A DNA stretch of 43,680 nt from Victivallaceae bacterium (GCA_045648225.1 JAZRNP010000059.1:1-43680), one strand, 5' to 3'; shown: positions 1 to 8,831, counted from the stretch's first letter. The notes: generated by a model not told the origin, from the sequence alone. Numbers and translations are program-made.

Positions 1-15
1 CACAGAACGACATGG

Positions 16-1440
16 CTACGATCCGACTTCATCCAATTTGTCCAGCAGAGCTTTGATCGACGCATAGGTGCGCGGAGTACAGCGGATGACCAGACGGTTC
101 AGCACGCCGTCAGCGAAAACCCGGACCGGCTGACCGAAAACTTTGGAGTTCTGATCGGTTTCCATGTTGGTTCCGGCGTTGACGGTACTGGAAGGCGTGG
201 TGGTTCGGATGGTGCTGCTGGTACGGCGTTGGGTCGGAGAGTTGATGGTTTCCATCCGGGTATTTCCGGTGTTGGCATCGATGGTAAGAGCAGTACCCTG
301 AGTTTCAAAGATGATGGAAAGGGCTCTGGACAAATGCGCAGCTTTATTGTGGCGGACTTTGTAGACAAAGACGCTTTCCTGATCGTCGCTGCCGGCACTG
401 TCGAGCAGATTGACCCATTCCCGGATCAAATTCACCGCTTCCTGAGTGGCGGCGGAAACCACCATCAGACGCATCCGGTCGAGGCCGACGACATAGACCG
501 CTCCGGGTTGATCGGTACGGTCGCTGGATTTGTGGATTTTCAATCCGAGCACCGGCAGAATTTCCTGCAGTTCAAGGGCGACTTTGGTGGGCAGGACATG
601 GTTGCACGGCACGACGGCACGGGGCCAGTCGGTTTTGCCGTTGCGGTCGAGGTATTCGACAAGTTCGCGGAGTTTAGGCATATTTTCAACGGAATCGCAG
701 ATCATCACCGCATTGGGGCGGGTGAGGTCGGCGACGATTGCACCGGAACCGAGGAAACTCCGGATCTGCCGGGAAACTTCGGTGCTGGTGGCATTGATCA
801 GCTGCCGGTAATAGATTTCGGTTTTGGAACCTTTGCCGGAACGGTTATCCGGCTGCATGGCCAGTTTATTGAGGGACATGACCCGGAGCAGAGAATCTTC
901 AACTTTGATACCGGCACCGGCAAGGAAAACCATCCGGTCAAAGGTGTTCCACAATTCCCGGCGGGTCATTTTGGAATTGAGGTTCAGTGTGACCACTCCT
1001 TTGAGGTCGCTGTCGGCAACGAAATTGAAGCCGAGCAGATCACCGAATGCGGAAAGCACATCCAGAAGCGGTGCGCTGTTGAATACCAGAGAAACTTCAA
1101 GTTCTTCATCGGCATTAAGGGCAATGAAATCTTCGTAAAATTTGGGAGCCGGTTTGGAGAGCTCTGCTGCGGTGGCCTTGGAGGGAGCTGCGACATTGAA
1201 TTTGTTGAGTGCATCGGGAGAAACTACCGGACGCTCTGCATCTTTAGGCTGAACTTTTTCAGCGGATGCACTTTCGTAATTTCCCTCTTTGTTGTTGTTT
1301 TTCTGTTTGTTGCGCAAAAAGGCAAAGCGATCGATCTCCTTCTTTTTCACCGGTTCGGGTTTTGCGCTTTGACAGGCGGTCAACAGCAACAACGGGATCA
1401 CCGCCGACACCAACATTATACGGCTATTAATTTTCAACAT
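16..1440 (-). CDS. Secretin-family protein consisting only of the periplasmic N0-N3 domains (lipoprotein-type signal peptide); the pore domain is not in this ORF
   Basis: 474-aa ORF with SD-like GAGGTG 4 nt before the ATG. Lipobox LLLLTAC. N0-like segment 'LEVSLVFNSAPLLDVLSAFGDLLGFNFVADSDLKGVVTLNL' is followed by three N-domain-like repeats, the last ending 'RLVIRCTPRTYASIKALLDKLD'. The TAG at 16-18 falls where a secretin pore domain normally begins. A new minus-strand ATG at 13-11 opens another ORF that leaves the window. Confidence 0.65.
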   Translation of the reverse strand: MLKINSRIMLVSAVIPLLLLTACQSAKPEPVKKKEIDRFAFLRNKQKNNNKEGNYESASAEKVQPKDAERPVVSPDALNKFNVAAPSKATAAELSKPAPKFYEDFIALNADEELEVSLVFNSAPLLDVLSAFGDLLGFNFVADSDLKGVVTLNLNSKMTRRELWNTFDRMVFLAGAGIKVEDSLLRVMSLNKLAMQPDNRSGKGSKTEIYYRQLINATSTEVSRQIRSFLGSGAIVADLTRPNAVMICDSVENMPKLRELVEYLDRNGKTDWPRAVVPCNHVLPTKVALELQEILPVLGLKIHKSSDRTDQPGAVYVVGLDRMRLMVVSAATQEAVNLIREWVNLLDSAGSDDQESVFVYKVRHNKAAHLSRALSIIFETQGTALTIDANTGNTRMETINSPTQRRTSSTIRTTTPSSTVNAGTNMETDQNSKVFGQPVRVFADGVLNRLVIRCTPRTYASIKALLDKLDEVGS

Positions 1441-1490
1441 CCAACACCTCTGTTTTTTATATGTAAATTTTATTTTGTCAACTTGAATCG

Positions 1491-2315
1491 TTATCGTCTG
1501 GCTCCGCGGTAGCCGCCGCCACCGCCCTGATTGCTCTGGATGGTGCGCTGCATTTGCTGCATGGTGCGCATCATCTGTCCCTGCATTATCATCTGGGCCT
1601 GCTGGAACTGCTGGGTGGAATTCATTCCGGGACGGCGGCCGTTGTTGCCGCCTCTGTTGTTGCGGTTACGGGAGGGTTCCTGAAGCTCCAATTCGATGCG
1701 GTCGTTGCCACGGATCAACGTGGCTCCGGTGCGGGTGACTTCGGCAAGGGTGTAACCGTTACTCAAAGTTTCGCCGACTTTGACATATTGTTTTTCGGCA
1801 CCGGAACTGCGTCCGGCGACCTGACTCCAGCTGGTGAAGCGTCCGTTGCCGCCCCGATTACCCATCATGCCACTGCGATTACCCATCATGCCGCCCCGGT
1901 TGCCCATCATGCCACCGCGATTACCCATCATGCCGCTCTGGAACATCATCTGGGCGAGATAGGGGTTGAATTGGCGGTTCTGGTTATTCTGACGGATGAT
2001 CGCGCCTTCGCTTTTGCCGCACCGGAAGATTCCGACCAGAGTCAGCTGGGTTCTGGAACTGCGGACATTGGCAAGAGGACTGCGGATATTATTGAAAACA
2101 TCGTGCGCAATGACCTTTTTTGCCGATTCATCGATATCGGCAAGCGGAACCACTCCGGAACGCTTGGTGCTGTCACTCTTTGAGGCTTTGGGCAGCGGCA
2201 GGAGTTTGAGCTGAGTGCCGGAATTTTTTTTGCTGTGTGCGGCGATATTTTTGGAAAATCCCCACAAAAGGACAGCTCCGAGGATGACATTGAGTGCGAT
2301 CAACCATTTTCTCAT
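1491..2315 (-). CDS. GspC/PilP-like assembly protein with Met-Gly-Asn-Arg heptad repeats and a Q/M-rich tail
   Basis: 274 aa with an ATGA overlap onto the upstream gene and SD AGAGGTG. N-terminal TM helix WLIALNVILGAVLLWGF, then about 4.5 x MMGNRGG. The beta-rich segment 'KQYVKVGETLSNGYTLAEVTRTGATLIRGNDRIELEL' resembles a GspC/PilP HR domain. It lies directly upstream of the secretin gene. Confidence 0.5.
   Translation of the reverse strand: MRKWLIALNVILGAVLLWGFSKNIAAHSKKNSGTQLKLLPLPKASKSDSTKRSGVVPLADIDESAKKVIAHDVFNNIRSPLANVRSSRTQLTLVGIFRCGKSEGAIIRQNNQNRQFNPYLAQMMFQSGMMGNRGGMMGNRGGMMGNRSGMMGNRGGNGRFTSWSQVAGRSSGAEKQYVKVGETLSNGYTLAEVTRTGATLIRGNDRIELELQEPSRNRNNRGGNNGRRPGMNSTQQFQQAQMIMQGQMMRTMQQMQRTIQSNQGGGGGYRGARR
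1848..1949 (-). repeat. 21-bp in-frame tandem repeat (4 full units plus 1 degenerate) encoding MMGNRGG heptads
   Basis: Plus-strand units gccgccccgattacccatcat / gccactgcgattacccatcat / gccgccccggttgcccatcat / gccaccgcgattacccatcat begin at 1848, 1869, 1890 and 1911. Confidence 0.9.
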
Positions 2316-3064
2316 TTGTTCACCTCTGTACTATTTTTTGCTTCTTCAGTTCTCCGGCCATGCCGGATCTGGCGCATTTTGGCGGCAGCTTCCCGGTCAA
2401 GTTGAGCCAGACTGGGGCGGGTGATCTGTAAGGCCCGGGGAGAGAGGGGGCCGTCATAACACAGCACCCGCAGGGCACCGTTGAAATTCAATCTGGTCGG
2501 CGGCACTTCCAGCCGGGTGGCCAGATTTGAGGCTCCGACGCCGGTGTTGCGGCGGAAACGGTAATCCGGCCGCAGATCCAATCTGCGCCAGCTCAAAATC
2601 GGTTCGATCTTACGCAATGCTGCGAGCAGATTTATGACATCGGCAATATCACCGGAACCGTTGATGTCGATTTCCGCATAGTAAAATTCGGTATTGACTC
2701 TGCCGGTGCGCACTGCGCCGATACCATTGAGCCGGAACTGTCGGGCAGCAGCAATATCGCCGATTCGACGCCGCAAAGTAGTTTCAACTCCGCCGTCATG
2801 ACTGGTGATCCAGGAAGCGGCAGCGAGATTGCGGTACTGTTGTTTGACCTTGGCCATTTCCCGTTTTTCGGCGGCGTATTTTTCGTACTCTTTTTTCTGA
2901 CGGGCGAGCTCTTTTTCCGCTTTGGCGATTTTTTCAGCGTTGGGTATGTTTTTAAGGAAGGACTTCCCGAGGGTGAAAAACAGGAAAATCTGACTCAGCA
3001 CCAACAGGATGCATACGGCGATCAGCTGACCTTTGCGGGTTTTCAATGCGTCACTGATATTCAT
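2312..3064 (-). CDS. PilO/GspM-like bitopic inner-membrane assembly protein
   Basis: 250 aa with ATGA overlaps at both ends. One N-terminal TM helix, a coiled coil (KAEKELARQKKEYEKYAAEKREMAKVKQQY), then an alpha/beta periplasmic domain. The call rests on architecture and operon context only. Confidence 0.45.
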   Translation of the reverse strand: MNISDALKTRKGQLIAVCILLVLSQIFLFFTLGKSFLKNIPNAEKIAKAEKELARQKKEYEKYAAEKREMAKVKQQYRNLAAASWITSHDGGVETTLRRRIGDIAAARQFRLNGIGAVRTGRVNTEFYYAEIDINGSGDIADVINLLAALRKIEPILSWRRLDLRPDYRFRRNTGVGASNLATRLEVPPTRLNFNGALRVLCYDGPLSPRALQITRPSLAQLDREAAAKMRQIRHGRRTEEAKNSTEVNK

Positions 3065-4311
3065 TTTTTCACCGCCTTGGGATCATTGCTTTTTTTGTTC
3101 GGGACGAGTTTCAATGTGATGGTCGCCACTGCGCTGTCCCCGGTTTGACGCTGCTGCAGTTGACCGATTTTCCAATAACCCAGCGGATTGATGATCCTGG
3201 GCAGATCCAGTTTTGCATCTTCACACTGGAGAACCATGTCGATGCCGCTGTCACTCCAACGGATGCTGGAAACCAGAACATTGCCGGGCAGGGCGTTGGA
3301 GAGCAGGGCGAATTTCTGAACGACATCGGGATCTCCGGCACCGGATTCGATGACCCGTTCCATCTCTTTCTGCTCTTTCTGCAATCGTTTGGAATTGCGT
3401 CTTGCCGAATCAATATCCCGTTTCAGCTTTTTATTTTCATTTTGTAAAGTGCGGTAACGGCTGTAGTCGGCTCCCCAGGTTCTGCCGAAGTGCCACAGAA
3501 TGTTGATTCCGATAAGAATAAGCAGCAATGTGGTGACGATCAGGTGTCCGCGGTAGCGTACCGGGCGGAGTTTTTCCGGCAGGACTGCTAAAGAGTTCCG
3601 GTTCCGTTCAAATTTTCCGCAGGCGATCATCCGGGCGATGAGCAATATGGGCAAGATGCCGGAGAATCCGGTTCCGTTCTTGTATTCATCCGGGATGATG
3701 ATAAATTTACTGATGACACTCTGCCAGGCTTCATTACCGGACTCTGCCTCCGGGGCACTGACCGGATTCCATGCACCTTTGTCAAAAGCGAATCCAGGTT
3801 CGATTTCGGGGATAAAGAGTGCCGGATCATCGGGGTTAACCGCCAGAAACGGATAGATGAAACCATCTGCCCGGCAGCCACTTTGAGTCATCTTTGCGCT
3901 GACACCGTTCAGAGAGCTCTCGTCAAAAACGTATACACCGACAGAAACCTGCAGATCATCTCCGGCAGGACTGGCGGCAAATTGGAACATCCTTTTTTCC
4001 GGAATATTCATCAGGTGGCGCGGCAGTTCGAGTTCCACTGCGCCCCGCTGCTCCCGGCTGGGAAGATCTGCGGATTTGAATTGGAAAAATACTCCGTCCG
4101 GCAAAGAACCGGTCAACAACAGCAGACCATCCCGGTGTTGAATTTCCTTGAGGATATTTTTCCAGGTTGCAGCCGGGTTTTCCCTGTTCAGTTCTGCTGA
4201 AGCAAAGCGGGACATTTTCCACTGTTTGTCGACACGCTCAAACCGTGCTCCCCGCACCGTGTCCGGTGTGAAAAACAGCACCGCAAAATTTTTTGTTCCG
4301 AGTAACTCCAC
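3061..4311 (-). CDS. GspL-like / fused PilM-PilN-like assembly platform protein
   Basis: 416 aa with a GTG start. A cytoplasmic domain of about 230 aa is followed by a single TM helix (LIVTTLLLILIGINILW), a coiled coil (NENKKLKRDIDSARRNSKRLQKEQKEMERV) and a periplasmic domain of about 90 aa. Operon context supports the call. Confidence 0.5.
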   Translation of the reverse strand: MELLGTKNFAVLFFTPDTVRGARFERVDKQWKMSRFASAELNRENPAATWKNILKEIQHRDGLLLLTGSLPDGVFFQFKSADLPSREQRGAVELELPRHLMNIPEKRMFQFAASPAGDDLQVSVGVYVFDESSLNGVSAKMTQSGCRADGFIYPFLAVNPDDPALFIPEIEPGFAFDKGAWNPVSAPEAESGNEAWQSVISKFIIIPDEYKNGTGFSGILPILLIARMIACGKFERNRNSLAVLPEKLRPVRYRGHLIVTTLLLILIGINILWHFGRTWGADYSRYRTLQNENKKLKRDIDSARRNSKRLQKEQKEMERVIESGAGDPDVVQKFALLSNALPGNVLVSSIRWSDSGIDMVLQCEDAKLDLPRIINPLGYWKIGQLQQRQTGDSAVATITLKLVPNKKSNDPKAVKK

Positions 4312-4341
4312 CTTTTACACCATTATTTTGAAAGAGTGATC

Positions 4342-5025
4342 TTATTTTTTTCCAGAATCTTTATTCATGCGTTTCATCATATCAGTCAACAGCTGGCGGG
4401 CCTTGGCCGGATCCTGCTGGCGCAGTGCGTCATACTGTTTCATCTCTTCGGGGTATTGGGCCCGGAGCTTCCGGAAATCCGGACGCATAATGTCACGGTT
4501 GCTGCTGGGAACTTCCCGGTTGCGTCCCTCGTTCATGCTGATTTTGCGCTGGGGAATGAGTACAATATTTTTGGCTTTGGCAAGTTCAAGCAGCTTGGTG
4601 ATACCGGTACGGGGATCTGCTTTGACTGCTTTCATTGCAGCGTCGTATCCGGCGGTATCTGCAAGGCGCAGTTTGATCAGGTTGCATTCCAGAGAAGTTT
4701 GCAGTTCAACTCCGGATTTTTTAGCCAGATCAGCATATTTCTGCTCCGTTTCGAGCATTATTTTGTCCAATGCGGTGCTTTCTGCCGGGAATTTTTCCCG
4801 GATCGATTCAAAAGCGATGATACGCTGAACACTTCCCATGAGGCGCATGGATTCCATCATATTTCTGCGGTCACCGCGCATATTTCCTCTGCCGCCGCGC
4901 ATATCGCCACGTCCGCCTCGGAAGTTCTGCCATTGTCTGGGGGCAGGAGGAAGATCAGTTTCTTCTGCGATGACGGCAAAAGCTGAGAGGATGAATGAAG
5001 TCAGTAAAGCAAAAAATTTATACAT
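4342..5025 (-). CDS. Secreted alpha-helical protein with RGG/Met heptads; function unknown (a Spy/CpxP-like periplasmic chaperone is only a guess)
   Basis: ATG 5025 is preceded by AGGAG. Signal peptide MYKFFALLTSFILSAFAVIA. 'RGGRGDMRGGRGNMRGDRRNMM' is followed by a K/E/Q-rich helical sequence. It lies 30 bp upstream of the gspL/pilM-like gene on the same strand. The longer ORF-track start (5100) lacks an SD. Confidence 0.6.
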   Translation of the reverse strand: MYKFFALLTSFILSAFAVIAEETDLPPAPRQWQNFRGGRGDMRGGRGNMRGDRRNMMESMRLMGSVQRIIAFESIREKFPAESTALDKIMLETEQKYADLAKKSGVELQTSLECNLIKLRLADTAGYDAAMKAVKADPRTGITKLLELAKAKNIVLIPQRKISMNEGRNREVPSSNRDIMRPDFRKLRAQYPEEMKQYDALRQQDPAKARQLLTDMMKRMNKDSGKK

Positions 5026-5337
5026 AATTTTACTCCTTGAATGGTGTTGCCATATCCCTTGCATATCTTTGCTCTGTCCTCTTGAAACAAGGACATCCAC
5101 ATCCTTTTAACGCAACACCCTCCGGATTTATTCTGCTTAAAACAAATTAAATTGCGATTCAAAACCGTAAACATAACTAATCAATTATATACAATAACGC
5201 ACAAAACGCCGGATGTCAACCGGGTAAACCCTTTTTTCAGCGTTTTTTCCCGAAAAAGAACAAATCACAAAGGAGCGATTTTTACGGGTAATGGGCAAGG
5301 TGAATCAATGAGGAGACCGGATGGAGTGATTGTCCGG

Positions 5338-5386
5338 AAATAAAAAGGACTGCGGCATCCCCTGTTGAGAGGTTATGCAGCAGTCT
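5338..5386 (-). terminator. Rho-independent terminator closing the phage-like operon
   Basis: The minus strand reads GACTGCTGCAT-N16-ATGCCGCAGTC (10/11 bp stem) followed by CTTTTTATTT, starting 18 nt after the TerL stop. Confidence 0.65.
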
Positions 5387-5403
5387 TGAAATATAGTTGC
5401 GGC

Positions 5404-6666
5404 TTATGCCAGAATAAAACGCTGTCCGGAATCAGACAGTTCGGTCAATGCCCAGACCAGCGCATCCATCCGGTCCGGACTGTGCCGGGATGTCCCCGGT
5501 GCGAATCCGGTCATCTCATCTTCGAGTTCCGCAAATTCGCCGACATGATGTACCCGTCCTTTTTCATAGAGGGCGGCTATCGGCTCGGCCCGGGTCAGCT
5601 TGCCCCGGGTGGCCCGAACCGGACGGAAACTTACATCCGGATCGAACTTGCGGAGCAATGCTTCGATCAGATCGCCGCCGTTGTTGACTTCTCCGGTGAC
5701 CCGGTCGGCTCCCAGTGAGTGGTAAAGGGCGATCACCTGCTTGGCCCATTCCAGAGGAGTTCCATGCATGGAGTTGTCCGCAAGTACATAATAATCTCCG
5801 TCGCAGCCGTATCCGGCGGCGATGATCCCGGTGCGGTCGCTGTTGTCTCCGGAACTTACTGCCGGATCGACTCCGATGACGATACGTTGGAGTTCGGGCG
5901 GTGTGACTACCCGGAAAGGGTCGATCATGTTGCGTTTCCAGAGGGCACCTTCGACTTCATCGAGGAATTTTCCCTCGAGGAAACGCTCCCGCTGGCGGCG
6001 GGGGAGTCCGGCGAGAGTATTTTCAATGTATCCCGGAGGCAGATTATCGACATTGTCCAGTGGATTGATCCGCATGGCAGCGTAATTGCCGGGAATTTTC
6101 AGCGGCAGATTGTCGACCGGATCGATTTTTTCGACAAAGACCCGATAGGTCCAATGTTTTTTTCCGGGCGGGTTGCAGTCAAAGAGAGCCTTAGCGTCGA
6201 GCGGCGGGATTTTCTGGGCGAGCCGGGTGACTGCAGTCTGAACGCTGGAATAATCCAGTTCGGAACACTCATTGAAGTAGACCGTGACAAATTCTTTGCC
6301 GAGAATTTTATCTGCCCGGGAATCATCATCCAGCCCGATCAGCCATATTTCGGAACCGTTGCCGAATGAAAATACTCCTTCTGTTTTACGGTATTCGCAG
6401 TCGATGGCATCGTGAAATCTCTGCCTGAGCACTTTGGGCAAAGTATCGGCCCCGATGGTGCTGCGTACCGAATTGGCATAACGCCGGATGACTGCATGAC
6501 GGGAACCGGGAGCACGCAGGGCCCTGATTACCAGAACACAGCAGAGCAGAAAGGTCTTGCCGGAACGGGAACCGCCGAAAAGCATGATATTCCGGCTTTT
6601 TCCGGAGATCAGTTCCAGAGCCTTTTGCTGGGCAGCGGTATATGAAAAATTTTCACGGTCAGACAT
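5404..6666 (-). CDS. Phage terminase large subunit (PBSX/XtmB-like)
   Basis: 420 aa. Walker A 'LFGGSRSGKTF', Walker B-like 'IWLIGLDD', and a C-terminal RNaseH-like nuclease segment 'IVIGVDPAVSSGDNSDRTGIIAAG'. Confidence 0.85.
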   Translation of the reverse strand: MSDRENFSYTAAQQKALELISGKSRNIMLFGGSRSGKTFLLCCVLVIRALRAPGSRHAVIRRYANSVRSTIGADTLPKVLRQRFHDAIDCEYRKTEGVFSFGNGSEIWLIGLDDDSRADKILGKEFVTVYFNECSELDYSSVQTAVTRLAQKIPPLDAKALFDCNPPGKKHWTYRVFVEKIDPVDNLPLKIPGNYAAMRINPLDNVDNLPPGYIENTLAGLPRRQRERFLEGKFLDEVEGALWKRNMIDPFRVVTPPELQRIVIGVDPAVSSGDNSDRTGIIAAGYGCDGDYYVLADNSMHGTPLEWAKQVIALYHSLGADRVTGEVNNGGDLIEALLRKFDPDVSFRPVRATRGKLTRAEPIAALYEKGRVHHVGEFAELEDEMTGFAPGTSRHSPDRMDALVWALTELSDSGQRFILA

Positions 6667-6668
6667 GG

Positions 6669-7214
6669 TCAGTTTTCTGCAGCGGCCTGTTTGCTGCGGT
6701 TGCGCATGAATCGCTGACGTCCGCTGGAAAGTTTATACATGGTACTTTTGAGCAGAGCGGTCAATTCCGGACGGCTGGCGATGACATCCAATATTTTCCG
6801 GTGCATCGCCTGCCGGGAACAGCCGTGCATTTTGCCCAGATGAGATACGGTGCAGCGTTTTACAGAACGGTCTGCCGGAGAGATGATTTCGCAGATTATT
6901 CCCACGGTGTAGTCATCCAGTTCCAGCAAAAAACGGAAAAAACGGCTCAACATGGGAATCAGATCGGTGTATTGGCAATCATCAGTTGCATTTCCCGGTA
7001 TATGAGTGAAATCGGCACATTCCGGCAGCCAGCTGTGAATTTCCTCATAACAAACGAGTTTGCTTCGGCTGTTGACCGAATTTTCGGTGGCGGCACAATA
7101 ACTGCAGGCCTGACGGTATTCGCATTTCAGACAACGTTCGGTACGGCAATCTGGTTTGCCGAAACAAAAGGTGTAAGAATGATGTTTCTCCATAATCTTT
7201 TCCTTGAATATCAT
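6669..7214 (-). CDS. Cys-rich (putative metal-binding) protein with a C-terminal HTH, immediately upstream of TerL; function unknown
   Basis: ATG 7214 forms an ATGA overlap with the adaptor stop (alternative ATG 7193 has an AAGGA SD). Cys cluster 'CFGKPDCRTERCLKCEYRQACSYC'. HTH-like 'CTVSHLGKMHGCSRQAMHRKI'. Its stop lies 2 nt before the TerL ATG. Confidence 0.6.
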   Translation of the reverse strand: MIFKEKIMEKHHSYTFCFGKPDCRTERCLKCEYRQACSYCAATENSVNSRSKLVCYEEIHSWLPECADFTHIPGNATDDCQYTDLIPMLSRFFRFLLELDDYTVGIICEIISPADRSVKRCTVSHLGKMHGCSRQAMHRKILDVIASRPELTALLKSTMYKLSSGRQRFMRNRSKQAAAEN

Positions 7215-7540
7215 CCCCGCAGCAACGGACATACTGCCGGGAGTTCCGGTTCCGGAGTGAACCATGCTCTGGCCCGGGGTGAAATATGATTTACATTCTC
7301 ATCGGTGGTGTTGCCTGCAAGAATGTTCGGATTCAGCAGCAGATATGCAGCCTGTTCAAATACTGCACAGCGGATGACACCGGAGACCGGTTCCGGCAGG
7401 GCTTCAATATTCAGCATTGCGGCGATATCCCGGGATGCAGTCTGTACCGCCGCCAGACGTTTTTCGTCAGGGAAAGCTGAAAATTCATCTTTGAGCAAAT
7501 GAGCGGCAAAAAAATCGTCGGCATCTTTTAATGTCAGCAT
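7211..7540 (-). CDS. Head-tail adaptor/connector-like protein (gp6-type), assigned mostly by position
   Basis: 109 aa with an AAGGA SD. A small acidic helical protein that is the first gene after the MCP. Its N-terminus 'MLTLKDADDFFAAHLL...AAVQTASRDIAAML' resembles gp6-like connector proteins. Confidence 0.4.
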   Translation of the reverse strand: MLTLKDADDFFAAHLLKDEFSAFPDEKRLAAVQTASRDIAAMLNIEALPEPVSGVIRCAVFEQAAYLLLNPNILAGNTTDENVNHISPRARAWFTPEPELPAVCPLLRG

Positions 7541-7627
7541 AGATTTTTCCTTGAAGTGGTGGTTTCTTTAAGTAGTGTTACGAGCGGCGGGAGGGGCGAC
7601 CAGATGGGTGCCGATCAGTCGGGAACC

Positions 7628-7660
7628 GGTAAAAGTTTCCCGGCAGACAGAGCTGCCGGG
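7628..7660 (-). terminator. Hairpin/partial terminator just after the major capsid gene
   Basis: The minus strand reads CCCGGCAG-ctctgt-CTGCCGGG (8-bp stem) followed by AAACTTTTACC, 17 nt after the MCP stop. The T-tract is weak, so an attenuator is more likely than a full stop. Confidence 0.4.
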
Positions 7661-7676
7661 AGGGATTCAGAACCTT

Positions 7677-8831
7677 TTACGCATTACGCAATGCGGCAAT
7701 GGCTTCGGTGCTGGGCATCAGATTTTTGATGCGGCAACAACGCTGGGCGGCATTGCGGAATTCAAAGGTGAGTTCGCCGATGGCGACCCGGCGGATTCCG
7801 TCAAAACCTTTGGGAGTGGCATCGGTGTCGGTGATACCGCGTCCGGCGAGGTTGGAGAGCGCAAAGCACTGGGGATCGAGGATCCAGGCATCGCAGTCGG
7901 GCACATCCGGATCAGCCATGATGGTCATGCCGCGTCCGTTGATCTCATTGACGATGACGGCAACGTAGGCTCCGCGGCGGTCATCGGAACGCAGGATCTG
8001 GATCCGGTCACGGTATTCATTGGAGATGACCCGGGCCTGTCCGGGAGAGCAGAGGATCTGCATGGGATCACCGCCTTCGCCGAGGACTTTCTGGGCAGCA
8101 TCATTGATGGAGAAGCTGTCCAGACGGGTTTTTCCGGCGTCGATGACCAGCGAATTTTCTCTGGTACCGAAGCAGTACAAACCGCCGGCTTCACCGAGGA
8201 CTCCGGGAGCGGCTTCCACCCGGCGGCCGAAGAGGGCGACCCGGTTGAGATCACGGGCGAGTTCGGAGAGGGCAAAGGCGGTCTGGCGGTTGAGCTGATT
8301 GTCGGCACTGCCGTTGAGTGCGACGGCAAGAGAACTGCCGGAGATGACGATTTCTTTACGGAAGATCTGGGTGGCGTTCCATTCCACGCTGCTGCATTTG
8401 CCGGTTTCGTCGCCGTCGCCATTGGCACTGCCTTCATTCATCGGAGTGGAAACGATGATGAATTCCATCTTGTCTTCGAGGTCGCTGATCCCGGAGAGAG
8501 CGGAACCGTTGCCGGCTGCGAATTCGACGGCAACTTCCGTTCCGTTGACGGCGGTGATTTTGAAGAGGGCCGGATCTTCTTTTACAGCAATGAGCATTCC
8601 GGGAACCGCTTTTGCGGCATCGGCGGCACTGAGAGTCATGGCATTGCCGGAGATGGAGAGTGCGGTGAAACCACGGCCGGAGAGCTGATCTTCGACCCAT
8701 TCGTGTTTGCGCTGAACGGCGTTGCTGCCGACACGGAAATTGGAGATGAAGCGCGGTTCATCCTTGATGACCGTGGACATGATGTCGGAAAGATCACGTT
8801 TGGCATTGGCGAAGCTGTAGGTGTAGAGCAT
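7677..8831 (-). CDS. Major capsid protein (HK97-fold, DUF5309/SU10-like)
   Basis: 384 aa. The N-terminus 'AKRDLSDIMSTVIKDEPRFISNF...RKHEWVEDQL' matches my recollection of the DUF5309 capsid family signature. It sits in a portal-scaffold-capsid order. Confidence 0.75.
   Translation of the reverse strand: MLYTYSFANAKRDLSDIMSTVIKDEPRFISNFRVGSNAVQRKHEWVEDQLSGRGFTALSISGNAMTLSAADAAKAVPGMLIAVKEDPALFKITAVNGTEVAVEFAAGNGSALSGISDLEDKMEFIIVSTPMNEGSANGDGDETGKCSSVEWNATQIFRKEIVISGSSLAVALNGSADNQLNRQTAFALSELARDLNRVALFGRRVEAAPGVLGEAGGLYCFGTRENSLVIDAGKTRLDSFSINDAAQKVLGEGGDPMQILCSPGQARVISNEYRDRIQILRSDDRRGAYVAVIVNEINGRGMTIMADPDVPDCDAWILDPQCFALSNLAGRGITDTDATPKGFDGIRRVAIGELTFEFRNAAQRCCRIKNLMPSTEAIAALRNA

Noticed and set aside
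229-1512. Long ORFs antisense to well-supported genes. Examples: 229-1512(+), 7575-8894(+), 12950-13693(-), 16042-16923(-), 18253-19164(+), 20169-20924(-), 21861-23273(-), 23355-24401(-), 27236-28174(-), 28171-28917(-), 30577-31449(-), 33842-35248(+), 38418-39377(-), 39600-40457(-), 42301-43521(+).
   Set aside because: Each lies opposite a gene with clear family motifs. Their translations are low-complexity (Gly/Arg/Pro/Asp-rich) with no motifs, no SDs and no operon logic. They are typical shadow ORFs of moderately GC-rich DNA.
5181-5190. The 10-nt match TCAATTATAT at 5181-5190 and 13842-13851 was considered as attL/attR of the phage-like island.
   Set aside because: The match is AT-rich and short, with an appreciable chance expectation. 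The right copy coincides with the -10 region of the thioredoxin promoter. No integrase is present.
5152-5343. 63-aa ORF in the gap between the secretion operon and the TerL terminator.
   Set aside because: It has no SD and an odd composition, and it ends inside the terminator hairpin. It is more likely untranslated promoter/terminator spacer.
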